Positions 49,262 to 62,507 are shown, counted from the first letter of the whole stretch. The stretch: 63,983 nt of DNA, filler included, from Parasitella parasitica NRRL 2501 (GCA_025201805.1; 11 parts of 11 records of this genome joined end to end with filler, not necessarily neighbours in it); one strand, 5' to 3'. Numbers and translations are program-made. The notes: generated by a model from the letters alone, not told the origin.

Positions 49262-51254
49262 TGGTCTGCCATAATTATAAACAGGAGATCATGGCAATGT
49301 ACTTCAACTGAAGATTGATGATTGTCCAATGATGTGATGTGATGCGCTTGTGTAAATTGGAGAATAAAGTCTCTGTTTTAAATCAAGAAGGTTACTCCTG
49401 TAAGTAACACAGATCTGAGCACCAGGATAACGGTTAAGGCACTGTCAGATCAAAGACGTGTAGCCCTTGTTTATGTAAACCAAATAGAATGGACTATATC
49501 CAGTTGTGGCATGCTTTCGAATTCTACACGAGAACAATGATGAATCCACATAGTCATCCCACGAATGCACCAAGCCTTTTACATATTTAGTCAACATATG
49601 TTTAAATATTTGATTTAACCGTTCACACTTCGAATTAGTTCTTGGATGAAAAACCGATGTAAACATATGTTTTGACCGAATCTTACGCATGTATTGCATG
49701 AGAATTTTTGATAAAAAATTTGCACCACGATCAGAGACAAGCTCCACAGGACAACCAAATTTCATCACAATTTCTTCATACAGAATTTTCACTATTTCAT
49801 CAGCAGTAGCAGATTTGAGAGCACGAGCAATAGGCCAATTTGTCGCATAATCAACAGCCATGATAATCCAACGATTTCCATTACTAGTAGTAGGCAATTC
49901 GCCAATAAAGTCTATGTGTCAACCAGCAAAGGGAGCAGGAACCTCTAAAGGCTTCATTGGAGCATGATGAACCTTCTTTTCATTACGAGAATGCAATTGA
50001 CATTCAGGACAAGTTTTTAACCAATAATTTATGTCTTTACGCATTGAAGGCCACCACACACGTTGCTTCATTAAATGGTATACAGTAAATTGACCAGAAT
50101 GACCAAATCCACGATGGAAATCTTCAATAAGATCCGCACGACGAGCAAAAGTAATAAATTTTAACCTGGAAGCCTCTTTACTACTATCAGCGGTAGGGTT
50201 TAAACGCCAAACAGCATTATCAATTACTTCAAAATTGGACTCCTCCTTCTCTAATTGAACACGCCATTTCTCAGGCCAGTCTGCTTTCTTCTTCTTGAAA
50301 AAAATAGGCCAATCTTGACACGGATCAGTTAATAACGAAGTATCAGAAGGCTGTAAAACCTTGTTCAATATAGCAGTTGACAGTTCATACGAAAAATTCA
50401 GGTTCCATCGACAAAGGATCAGGCAAGCAATCAGGACCTTCACGACGACTCAACAAATCAGGCGCAATATTATCAACACCCTTTTTGTAAACCAAAGTAG
50501 GTTGATACATTTCAAGGTCTTGCATCCAACGAACCAAACGAGGAGAAACTTTGTTAGACGATTTGTAATATTGCAAAGGACGATGATCAGTGTAGACTTC
50601 ATATATAGAACCTTCAACAAAACAACGCCAGGTTTTACAAGCAAATAAGATAGCCAACAATTCACGTTCTTGAGTAGGGTAATTTCTTTCAGCAGCTGAC
50701 AGCTTCTTTGAAATAAAGGCTACAGGCTTCCAATCATCACCAGAATTAGGATCTTGTTGTAATAAAACAGCACCAACAGCATAGTCACTAGCATCAAATT
50801 CAATACGAAAGGAGCGAGACATATCAGGCATCAATAACACAGGAGAAGAAACAATCAATGATTTAATAGTATCAAATGCCTTTTGACAAGCCTCTGACCA
50901 GTCAATCTTGCGATTCTTAGGACCAACGCCCTTCGTCAAATCAGTAATACAAGCAGCAACGTTAGCAAAGTTGGCCATATAACTAGAATAGTATTGACAG
51001 AGACCCATAAATTCACGAACATCTTGAACAGTTTAAGGTACAGGCCAAGAGACAATAGCATTGACTTTTTGCTGAGAAGGTTTGATACCTTGACCAGCAA
51101 TAATATCATGACCCAAAAATGTAATTTCTTTACGATTAAATTTACATTTTGAGCGAGAGACCACCAAACCAGCTTCTTTCAACTTCTTGAAAACCATATG
51201 TAAATGCTTCTTGTGTAATTCAATATCATTCCCTTTTGTATAGATTAGACAGTC
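49262..51254 (-). mobile_element. Ty3/gypsy pol remnant (RT, RNase H, integrase) fused to a partial 3' LTR
   Basis: FDASDYAVGAVL, NYPTQERELLAI, VYTDHRPL, HHCC zinc finger, AVDYATNW, VSDRG, CERLN, with frameshifts. 49262-49469 is part of the 9627-10036 LTR. Confidence 0.9.
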
Positions 51255-52437
51255 NNNNNNNNNNNNNNNNNNNNNNNNNNNNNNNNNNNNNNNNNNNNTT
51301 AATTAATTAANNNNNNNNNNNNNNNNNNNNNNNNNNNNNNNNNNNNNNNNNNNNTAATAAACTTGCACCAGATAGAACCAATTACTAGCCATGTGCTGCT
51401 AGTACAAGTAATCGTAAACTAGTTATTACCAGAAGGAGACAGGAAGGATAGTGGTCTTGAGAAAGAGTATAATCGCCTTGTGGTATAAAGGATTTCTAAT
51501 GAGTGTAACCATGGTATAATACTTTTGCATAATTGTGAGAATACCCAAGTTGGATCTCAGGCACAACATCAACTCAACAACCCACCTCGCTTAGCCTTTA
51601 CATCCTAAACAGCGATGCCAGTCTGTACGGGGCAGCTGCTGTGATTTACCAAGAGGATGATAAAGGGCGTCATAAATATGTGGGTTTTATATCAAGCACG
51701 TTGAGCCCGGCGCAGAGACGATGGTCCACTACGAAGCGAGAATTGTATGCAATTGTGTTGGCACTCAAGAAATTTCATACGTATATTTATGGGCGATCAT
51801 TCCGTGTGCTGACTGATCATAGAGCTTTAGTGTATTTGCATTCGCAGAAAGTGGTGAATCCCATGATGGCAGGATGGATAGAAACCATCTTGGATTTCAC
51901 CTTTGAAGTGGTACATTTGCCAGGAGCAATGAACATCTTCCCTGATTTGTTAAGTCGATTATATCCTCCGATGGAAGACGAGAGCAAGCAGCTAATGTTG
52001 GAAGAAAGCGAGGAACAAAGTTTAGGTAGAGCGGCTCGAAACTTTGAGAAACGAGGGGAGAGGAATGTGATTAAGAAGAAGCGTTATAGCAAAGATCAAG
52101 TGGTAAATATCTTTGCTACTCAAGTAATTGAGAATGCTAAAGAGGATTTGGATTACATGACACCTCCGGATGAAGATCGAGATAAAATTTTGCAGGAAAT
52201 CCATATGTTTGGACATTATGGTGCACAAGCAATTGTCAGAGAATTGCATTCGCAAGGTTTACATTGGGCTAATGTGTATGAAGATGCAAAGCGTTTAGTG
52301 AGTAGCTGTCTGGAATGCCAGAAGCACAACATTGCCAAGAGGGGATGGCATCCACTAAAGAATGTAGTTTCGTTACAACCCATGTCGCATGTGTCGGTCG
52401 ATTTGGCAGGACCTATGACATTGACGTTTGAAGGGTA

Positions 52438-54077
52438 CAGTAGGTGGATTAATGGTCGGGATGTTTTGCAAAATTCACTAAAACAAGATGTAGATTATGA
52501 ACAAGTTATCCCATCAACATGAAACCAACGTCATTAAAGAGAGCAAATGAAATTTAATAAAATGAAAAAAGTTTTATTTTAGTTGGTCAACTGAGGTTGA
52601 AATAATATGGGGTTAAAATTCATGTGTGCATCCGGACCATTTTTCAGGGTGCTTATAAAATCACTTTAGTAGTTAGTATGACCACCTTTAGCTTTGATTA
52701 CTGCCTCAATTCGTGCAGACATGCTATCAATATACCGTTGACAATCTTCTTTGGTAAACGTAGCCCATTGTTCTTCTACTCTCTCCCACAATTCATGTAC
52801 TCCTCTAGCCTTGGTGGGATATGAGCTCAATTTTAATTTTAGATGGTGCCAGACGTGTTCAATAGGGTTTAGGTCCGGGCTCTGGGGTGGCCAGCTATAA
52901 GTCCAATCAACATTAAAGTTATTATCCACAAACCACTGTTTAGTAACCTTTGCAGTGTGTTTAGGGTCTTTGTCTTGCTGAAAATAGATTTTTTCTGGGT
53001 CATAACCATACCAATCTAAAGTATCCATCATGGCTGTTTCCAGTATATGTATATAGTCTTCCTTTTTCATAGTGCCATCGAAAATTTGACAAGCGTATCC
53101 AGGACCATCGTATGTTATACAACCCCACATCATGAGGCTACCACCACCGTGCTTGACTGTAAGGTCTAAGTGGTGAAATTGCAGTTTGTCATCTGGTCTT
53201 TTCCAGCAGTACTTGATACCATCAGAGCCCCAAATGTTGATTTTGGTTTCATCAGAGAAAATCATCCTTCTCCAGTCATCTTTTGTCCAGCTGCGATGAG
53301 CTTTGGCCCATTCAAGTCTTTGTTTTCTATGATTAGGCTTCAGCATAGGCTTTTTCTTCTTTTTGGCTGCCTGAAATCCCAATGATTTGAGTAATTTAAG
53401 ACATGCTGAATATCCAATTTTGAATCCAAGATCATTCAAGTATGTTTCTACTTCTTTTCCAGTCTTAAATTCAACAAGTACTACCTTTTTACGAATGGCA
53501 TTTCGAGATGTTTCTTTCAAAGCAGGACGTCGACCAGGCACAGATCACTGCAAATTGGGAAACCACTTACGTTTATAGTCAGAAATAGTTGATTTTTTGA
53601 CTCCAGGAACGCGTTTCATAATTTGTGAATAAGAATAACCAGATTGCAATAAATTCTTGACACTATTTTGAGTGTCCATAGGCAAAGAGCGTACCATTTT
53701 ATATACTATCAATGAAATGCGAGTTTGATATAAAAAAGAAAGAAAGAAAAGACCAAAAATCAACTAAAACAGTTTTTATATCTTCTGTACTGATGACTAA
53801 TCAGTTGTGACTGTTTTGGTAAAGAAATCCATGAGATTCCATGAGCTTCTATTTACGTTTGAGTACCCTGAAAAATGGTCCGGATGCACACATGAATTTT
53901 AGTTCCAAATTATTTCGATCTCAGTTGACCAATTAAAATAAAACTTTTTTCATTTTATTAAATTTCACTTGCTCTCTTTAATGACGTTGGTTTCATGTTG
54001 ATGGGATAACTTGTTCATAATCTACATCTGGTTTTAGCGAATTTTGCAAAACATCCGGACCATTAATCCACCTACTG
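52438..54077 (-). mobile_element. Complete Tc1/mariner-superfamily DNA transposon, ~215-bp TIRs, TA TSD
   Basis: TA-CAGTAGGTGGATTAATGGTC...GACCATTAATCCACCTACTG-TA. Removal restores the integrase frame (EGYVYVMVVTD). Confidence 0.97.
52666..53697 (-). pseudogene. Tc1-like DD37E transposase with one in-frame TGA (53545-53547)
   Basis: HTH N terminus, FSDETK, FQQDKDPKH, WPPQSPDLNPIEH. 37 residues counted between the second D and E. Confidence 0.9.
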
Positions 54078-54583
54078 TATGTGTATGTGATGGTTGTTAC
54101 AGATTTGTGTACCAAGTACGTGATTGTGCGACCATTGAAAACAAAGGAATCTACGAGCATCGCAAGAGAGTTGATTAAAGTGTTTGGAGATTATTCTTTC
54201 CCTATTATCATTCAAAGCGACCATGGTGGGGAATTTGAAAATCAGCTATTGCAGGCAATCAGCGAGAACTTGGGTGTGCAGCGCAACTACTCGACACCAT
54301 ATGCAGCCAGAGGTAATGGTAGTGCAAAAGCCAGCGTAAAAATTGTGATGAATACGTTGAGAAAGATGTGCAAATCGAATGCGCGAGAGTGGAGTGATTA
54401 CCTGCCGATTGTGCAGTTGTGTTGTAATCGTTATATCAAGAGTAAATCCATGACATCGCCGTTTTCGCTGATGTTTGCGCGACNNNNNNNNNNNNNNNNN
54501 NNNNNNNNNNNNNNNNNNNNNNNNNNNTTAATTAATTAANNNNNNNNNNNNNNNNNNNNNNNNNNNNNNNNNNNNNNNNNNNN

Positions 54584-55600
54584 GCTAGGATACAGTCTCC
54601 GGATGGCATCATTTGTAATATCGTAATTGAAGTCGCCTAGTATAAATGCAGAGATGTCTAAGGTTGTAACTTGTTCAGTCATGGTGGTATTAGCTTCTTG
54701 AAAGACGAAGAGATTGTTCCCGCTATTACGGAGAGAACGAGTGAAATGAGGAATGATATGGGGTTGATTTTGTTTGGCCAGACTGCGACAAATCAGCGTG
54801 GCAATGTTGATAGTATGGTGTCTATCAACCATTAACAAAATATGGGTGGCGTCAATAGCTGCTGGTTTGTCTCCTCCTAAACTACTAGCATCCAGTTCCA
54901 CTTCCTTTCTCATACGGTGGACAATTATAATGTCATCAAGTTCCTGGGCATCCCCTTCAGCTCAGCACAATCAGCACGGCAATTTCCCTCCTCCTGACAG
55001 TACTTACAGTAGACGGGCATGGTGTTCCAATACAACAGAAACTGCCAATTTTCTTTGCCAGATTGTGTGGTGCCCCAATTAAGTTGATGTTGCAAGGGTT
55101 GGGCGTCCTCAACATTGCGATCCAAGACTACGTATCCTTTGCCCATAAAGATGCCGCGATTAAAGTTGAGGCCCACATCCAGACCTGAAGTGATCAATTG
55201 TTTGTATGTCGACGTATCCCCATCACAGCAGGTTTCAATAAACGTCCTTGCAAAGTATGTCTTGGGCTGAGGTTGGACACCATAGAAGACATATGTGTTG
55301 TCTCGGTTGAACGAGGCAAGAAAAACGTCTTTAGTTTGGCAAAATTTGAGATGTTGATGATCTCAATAAAAGTGCTTCGTGGAGCTGATCCTATCATATA
55401 AGCACAAAGTATTTGGGAGAAAATCTGGTCCGTACGCGTAGCATCTTTGGAAGCGACAGCGCCCTGTGGCATAGGGCGCTCACAATCTTCCTCCTCGTCA
55501 GAATTATCATCGTTGACCGTAACAGGATCAATACGGCCCAAGTTTTCTTCAATGTCAATTCTGACTGTGCATTATCCCCATTCACCTATTGCTATGAAAT
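54584..55600 (-). pseudogene. Degenerate L1/Tx1-type LINE of a second family (CCHC-knuckle ORF1, endonuclease start)
   Basis: MPVYCKYCQEEGNCRADC, INIATL.CR, FQE, FILGDFNY. Multiple frameshifts and deletions. Confidence 0.65.
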
Positions 55601-57059
55601 TGAGCTACACCGATGAAATGAACGCATTCCAGACCAATTGATCATTTTTTATTTTTTTAATCTCTCTCTCTGCTTCGTTGAATACTGCCAATTAGCGACC
55701 ATCTACTCAATGTTTGATTCTATTTATTGGAAGGCCTATTGTTGTGATTTATTATTACTACAACTGGTGCAGAAGTTTGTGTTTTCAGCTGTGATGGTAT
55801 AATCGTATTTTTGGAGGGTGCACTTGTCACGTTCATGGATTTGGAGACTTCAACCTACATGACAATCATTAAATGTTAGTCTGAGTTATGCACATGATAT
55901 TCGTAGATAGAGACTGCTCTATCCAGCAACTGCTACGGTAGATTTGAGTTTTATACGTGCACCTTCGAAGGAAATGGCAAAAACTAGCAAAAGTAACTCA
56001 TCCATTATTGAAAGAGTGTACCAGTAAAAAAATAAAGAAATGAACAGCAACTCCCATTGTATTTGTTCCTATTTTCAATGTATTTTACTCATTGTCATTG
56101 AGGTTTTCCTATTTTTTGCTGAAATAAAGCACCTTCTAATGCTGCTTCTTGAGAAAATTCCTTACGAATAAACTTGTTCAATGTGGGCACTACTGCAGCA
56201 AAGGCTATTCTAATCAGCAAAAAAATTTGAGATTTTCGTAACTTAGAGGTTTTTCTTGTGCATCAAAGTTTCTTGGATATCAAATAGATCCCGCACTTTT
56301 AATTGTCATTTTTGCATGAATTAAAGCAGTAACAAACAGAGATTTGAACCTTTCGCCAGTTGCAAAAGTAGAAGCTTTGTTAAAACGATTAATCCAGTCG
56401 CCATCATCTTGTACGAAGCCCAGTGCAAGCTAAAATTTTCATTCATGCTAAAGCGGTCAAGATTTTCTTACTAGGATGTCAGGAAGCTCTACCTCAATTT
56501 TCCATAGAGTTACGGTGTCTTCAAAATTAGGCCATCTTGAAGATGTTCTTACCCAGAACATCCAAGTGCTCAAATGCGACCTTTTTTAGTTTGCATTTTT
56601 CGAGTATGCGTTTTTTTTTTGTACAAATATAGTTTAAACCGGACCAAAGTGTGCAATTTACACGGTAGCTATAGTGCCCATTTTAATTTGCTTACCTGTG
56701 TTAGCACGGCCTAATTTTTATACAGTGAACTATCATTCTCATTTACACTCTTATTGTACCTGTTAGCCTAGCTGGGTTTCAGGCATTACATCAAGCATCA
56801 CTATATACAAAACATCATGTTCGCGTGAGATTGATCTCTGTTTTCTTTTTTCTCTACGCTAAATTTTTTTTACACATATGTAATGCTACTACCTATATAA
56901 AGTTCGACTAGTTTCTTATTTTGAGGTGTCTTGATAGCACTTGCAATTTATATCAAAAGAGATTTGGAATTGGGACGTTCACAAATATCACAATTAGAAT
57001 AACACCAACAGTTTTATTATCGTAAAAAAATAGGAAAAGCAGCTTTATTCCTCGTTCTA

Positions 57060-57514
57060 CACTAAAGATTTACGATATTGCCAGCATTTACAAACATATC
57101 TTGTTCAGAAACATGATAGTTTCCTATCACACTAAATTTCAGCTCGTCATCCAGAGATTAAACAAGTCCAATTTGCAGCAAAATATCATCAATTTTGGTA
57201 ACAGCATATTTGGATTCGATCACTCGTTCGTTCCCTATGGCTAACTGTTGCAATCGACTTTGGTTCATGTAGACCACTGGAATGGATTTGTCGTGGCTTG
57301 CAACTGTATGCCTTTTCATCACTTCGACAAACGCCAAAAAGTATCTCTCGCCTTGAAAGGTATGCTCGAAGAAAAAAAGTATTGTACCAACAAACCAGTA
57401 AGGAATGGATCGGCCATTTATGCTGTGTCTATGGTAGCTTCTGAACATGACCTGATGATTTCCTCTTCTAAACTCTTTAATTTTTTTTTCTGTAGCGTTC
57501 ACAAGGGATTTCGA
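57060..57514 (-). pseudogene. Probable CACTA/EnSpm transposase C-terminal fragment
   Basis: WFVGTILFFFEH...FLAFVEVM...IPVV...YAV..IDDI...IGLV pattern, recognised from memory only. Confidence 0.5.
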
Positions 57515-58065
57515 NNNNNNNNNNNNNNNNNNNNNNNNNNNNNNNNNNNNNNNNNNNNTTAATTAATTAANNNNNNNNNNNNNNNNNNNNNNNNNNNNNN
57601 NNNNNNNNNNNNNNAACGTCACCGATGCCATGGTCATTATGTACTATCTTAATGGACGGTTGGTGTATCTAATTATGGACATTGCTATCAGGGTTATTAC
57701 TTACTATATAATATATGTAGATATTATTAGACATGCAGTAATTGACAGTAATGCGGCGATGTTTATATGAACTATAAACTTATATGTAAACAACGATCGA
57801 TAGTAATATATCAGGTTTTCAGTGATAAGGATGATTTATAGATAATATATTTGCTAGTATATGAGAAATGTTTATGGTAATAAACTATAGTAGCTATTAC
57901 AGATGATTTCACTCCACCACAGTATAATTTCACTCCCCCCCCCGGCGCCCATCCGCAGCAAACACTGCGCAAATCGCCACAACTCAACATTTCTTACAAT
58001 ATTCAACTTTAAACATCCAACAATAACATTTAACAAACCACACAAACAATCAATGAACTGAACTG

Positions 58066-58522
58066 TGTTGTGCCAGTGTCAAAGGGCGCAGCGTAATGTT
58101 ATGTAAATAAGATTTGTATAATGTAATAAAGACTTTCTGAATAAAACCAGATACAAAACTGAAGACTTTTATTGACATAAGATATGATCTCTATTTATAC
58201 TAAAATATATCTCAATCAATGTTTATCCACATAACATCTGATGTTTGACAAGAAGTGTCAAACCTTATTAAATCACAGCATTTCCAGGACAGACCTATCT
58301 TTCTATTTTACATTAAAGAGAAGATTGGGTAGGATGTCTTCCCGACATCCCGCGATCTGATCTAGATGTATTCTTTGAATAAGCCTGGAACCTTGCAAGA
58401 GGTCCAATTACAACTTGTAGCTTATTCCTTATTTGTAAAAGAATTACCAACAATTAATATCATGATCCGTGCATTATGACTAAGTTAGATATGACATATG
58501 TAGCCTTTATATGGATACAACA
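58066..58522. mobile_element. Solo LTR, TSD AACTG
   Basis: TSD at 58061-58065 and 58523-58527. Near-identical to 8817-9274. Confidence 0.93.
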
Positions 58523-59336
58523 AACTGGCCATAACTCGCAATATAGTGCTCGTACGTCACGCGACAGATCTTCTGCACGCGCTAACACCGTAGTTTCTAC
58601 TTTGTCGAATAAACTGGAAGAATCCGATGCAATTCGTCGCGAATCTCTTGGTGGTTGGTACGCGGATTTGAAGGACGTCTTACGGGACGATTTCTTAAAT
58701 GGAACTATCACGGTCCCAAAGGACGTTCCAAGTTTGTCTGCTTTTAGACGACCCGTAAAACAACAGACGATTGACAATCAATATGAACTTGATTTGAATG
58801 TCGATAATAAAGAAGCCGCTTTACAATCGGCCACTTTGTCTCCCGGGTTGTCGTTCGTTATCGTAGGTCCTACTGGTATAGGAAAGACTACACGAGTTCC
58901 CTCCCTATTGTGTGGTATTCAACCCTCTTTCCGTATACTTGTCGTGGAACCAACTCTTCTACAAGCAGTCCAAGCTTACCACTTTTCCGAGAAATCTGGA
59001 AGAGCGGCAGGCATACTTGTAGACAGAGATTCGGTTGTTCGACCTGGGGAACCCACTTTTTGCAGTTCAAGGACTTTATTGGCAAGATTGGTTTCAGACC
59101 CTTCTTTCCTAGTGAGTATTCAGCTTGTAATACTTGACGAATCTCATATTGAGTCGGCAGAAAACGTGGATTTGCCTCAGATTATCAAATGTCGTTATTC
59201 CCATTTGATTCTCCTGTACGCTACAGCCACACCTAGTTTATCTCACTCAACCGCTGAGGTGGGAAATAGATCACAAGGTTCATTCGCGAAATCAGTTATA
59301 TATGATTCACTATGGCCTCCTGGATGTTCTCGGTAA
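58523..59336 (+). pseudogene. Truncated RNA-virus-like SF2 (DExH) helicase; putative endogenous viral element
   Basis: Intronless. Motifs I GPTGIGKT, Ia ILVVEPT, II ILDESH and III ATATP at compact viral-type spacing. Motifs IV-VI are missing. Confidence 0.7.
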
Positions 59337-59513
59337 ACATAAATGTGCTCAAATGGGAACATTATTAGGGTCATGGGAGTATTTATGTGCTTGTGAGAAC
59401 TTAAATAATTTTGNNNNNNNNNNNNNNNNNNNNNNNNNNNNNNNNNNNNNNNNNNNNTTAATTAATTAANNNNNNNNNNNNNNNNNNNNNNNNNNNNNNN
59501 NNNNNNNNNNNNN

Positions 59514-62173
59514 TGATGCTACCATCAACGATCTTTTGCGACTAACTCTCAATAGCAGAATTTTTGTTGGTTTTGATTGTGAGTGGTATTTCATCCGTAG
59601 TCCGTATATTGTTGGCCCTGTGTCTTTGATCCAAGTTGCTCATGGAAAATGCGTATGGTTATTGAGACTTAGTCAAATACCAAGGAACAAGTTTCCTAAA
59701 TCTCTCAAGCTATTCTTGGAGTCTAACAAGGTTGTAAAAATGGGAAGAAACGTTTCATCTGATCTAAAGAAGATTGAAAAAGACTACCACTTTGTTGAAG
59801 GTAGTCTTCAAGGATCACTTGATTTAGCTTCTTATTGCAAAAGTAAAGGGGTTATTCGCAGGGCTACTGTGAGCCTTGAAAACTTGTGCCAGAAGGTCCT
59901 CAAAAGAAGCTTACTTAAGGATAATAGCACGCCAAGACTAAGCGACTGGGGGATGGACAAGCTTAGTGAAAGCCAGATATTGTATGCTGCGAAAGACGCA
60001 TTTGTCTCTGTGGAGATCTTTAAAGCGTTAGAATATCTTGAAGTTGTTGGTGCTCCTATCTACAGTCCTTCTGGATACATTGGCAAGTATGTCTCTATAC
60101 ATAATAAATACGCATCTGGGCGTGCAATGGCATATAGATTTATTGAAGAAGAACGCATGGCAAGGCCGAAGATGTGGAGTAAAATCCTTATAAATGTTAC
60201 AGAAGTATGTGTTCCTGGTGCTTTCATATTCGGCGAGGACAAATCACTCGAGTCATTTGGTAAAGTCCCTTTTAAGGTTATTGTGGATCTGGCACAACAC
60301 ACGCTGGTAACGGCTAGAGACCCTGATCAAGATGAACCCGATGAAGCAGATTTTATACCAAATGATGCTAATGCAATGCTGAATTCTCTCCCAACAAGAG
60401 TTCTCAAAGATGTTTTCCATTTAATGGATATGATTCCCATTAACCTCAACCATGGAATGTCCAAAGAATTCTCCAGGAAATTTAGAGACGCTTTGTTTGT
60501 GAACAATATCGACGATGAAGAGATGATTCGAAATTATCTTAACGGGCTGCCAGATGGAGATCCCAACAAGACCACATTCGATCAATTAATAAAGAAGAGG
60601 CCTGGTTGGGCTCTGAAAAGGATTAGACGATATGTGCCTAAACCTGAGGAGTTAGTCCCAACAGTAGAAGCGCTGTTTAGATCATATGAAGATGCCAAAT
60701 GTGCTGTTTCTGGCCTACCATTATTTGACAAGAGGTGCAAGAAGGTCGCAAAAAGTGTACTTGAGACGATCAGAAAAGGCCATGTATCTGATCCACCTGG
60801 TGTTTCTTGGTATTATCATATGTATACAGACAGGCTTGGATTCCCTGTCTATAGATGTACCAGAGGTACCAATTCGATTGAAGGTGGCGTTCACCAGAAC
60901 ATTGTTCGAAAGTTTGCGTCGTTTAATGCCAGTCCAGCATTAACAGATTGTGCTCTTGCCGATTACCGACTTAGGCACAACATTCAGGTATGCATTGATA
61001 AGCTGCGGTCTCAAATCTATTATTTTCTAATACATTTTGTAGGTTGGATCAAAAAACAGGTACGGTGTCACTTACAAAGGCCACTTTTCTCCATGGATAA
61101 AACAAGCCATAAACTTTATGAGGTGCAAGCTTGGCCAGCCAGTATTAAAGTCATACTCAGATCCTTCTGGCAATGCTTTTTATTTTTCCGCGATAGAGGA
61201 GTCCTTTGGTATTAGCAAGCTATCACCATCATTGCTAAATATCTACAACATGAAGAAGCATGAGAAGGAATACCAGAATTCTCAAAAATATTTTACAACA
61301 AAAGAAAAGTTGGATCTTTGTGGCAATACATCAATATTCATTACGCCAAAGATTCGTTCAGTATTTGGGAACATGCAGTACAACTATGTTTCGTATATGC
61401 AAGGTACAAAGCATGCGATTACGCCGGTACATACTGATGAAGAGGTAAAACTTTACCATAAGCTTAGGCTTACAGACTCGTTGGCTTCTGGCATCAATCA
61501 ATCAAACTACTGGCAGAAGTTTGCTGCTGCATGGTCAAAAGAATTGAACGATAATATCCACTGTAAAAACATTTTCTATAAGACTGCAGAAAGCTTAAAA
61601 CAGCACTTTGACAAGACAAAAGATAAGAGCAAGTACTACAACTCTCTCCAAGTCAACGAAGAAAAGGTCAACACTGTTGATGAGATCTTAAACAACAACA
61701 GTAGAAAGCGAAAGCATACCAACGACATTTTGCCAGCAAACGACTACTTGCAATTTCCAGGTACCAACAGTCCTTTTTTTCCTTCTGGGGAGCCCTCAAA
61801 CAGCAATAAAAAGCCAAAGCTTTCTCTGCCTCGAATAGAACCATCAACTTATGTCATTCCTCCTTCAAAAATACTAACAAGAAATATGCCACAAAATCAT
61901 CAATCTATGTACCCTTTTTATCCTATGCCACCCTCCTTTAACTCTATGCCTCAATCTGTCTTACCTTCCTCTTACCCTACGCCTCAATCAATGCAAAAAT
62001 CTACCTATACGTCACAACCTCAACATATGCCATCATTAACAGCTCAAACTATGCAACCAAGCCCATCTGGCTCAGCTGACAGCTATATTAAAGCAAGAAG
62101 AACCTGTCAAAATTGTAGAAAACAAGATTGTCCTGGTGCTTCTTCTAGGAAATTTTGCGTCAACAACAAATAA
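59514..62173 (+). CDS. Dada-like DDE transposase with embedded DEDDy 3'-5' exonuclease (5'-partial, intron 60988-61042)
   Basis: Exonuclease motifs GFDCEW, SSDLKK, YAAKDA, then DVFH (DxxH), GTNSIEGG and a C-terminal CQNC...C...C finger. Splicing joins the two ORFs in frame. Confidence 0.8.
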
Positions 62174-62507
62174 TATATGAATAAACTTAATAATAATTAT
62201 GTTGTATTGAACAGTTGTTTCACTTCCTTGAACATACATGAAATGAAAAGCTCAAGTTTGGCTGCTGGTAGATCAAAGAAGATCAGAGCAGACCAATACA
62301 AGCTTTTAAAATCCAGATATTTTTGATCACTTCAGAATGGTTGCAAAGCTATTAAACTGCAATAAAATCTAGTAACCGCTTATTTCGATGCAAATTGAAG
62401 CTTAATTNNNNNNNNNNNNNNNNNNNNNNNNNNNNNNNNNNNNNNNNNNNNTTAATTAATTAANNNNNNNNNNNNNNNNNNNNNNNNNNNNNNNNNNNNN
62501 NNNNNNN

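Larger units (their letters stand above)
51590..54483 (+). mobile_element. Ty3/gypsy pol (RNase H, integrase) interrupted by a Tc1-like element
   Basis: WSTTKRELYAIV, LTDHRAL, H..GHYG..CLEC, VSVDLAGP, then VVTDLCTK and QSDHGGEF after the insertion. Confidence 0.9.

Noticed and set aside
55598-55612. CGGTGTAGCTCAATT on the minus strand, resembling a tRNA 5' end near the second LINE remnant
   Set aside because: Short, single, and oriented opposite to the array junctions relative to its element. Could be chance.
58476-58522. ORF-track start (MTKLDM...) as the true helicase N terminus
   Set aside because: These codons lie inside the solo LTR, so the in-frame fusion is incidental.
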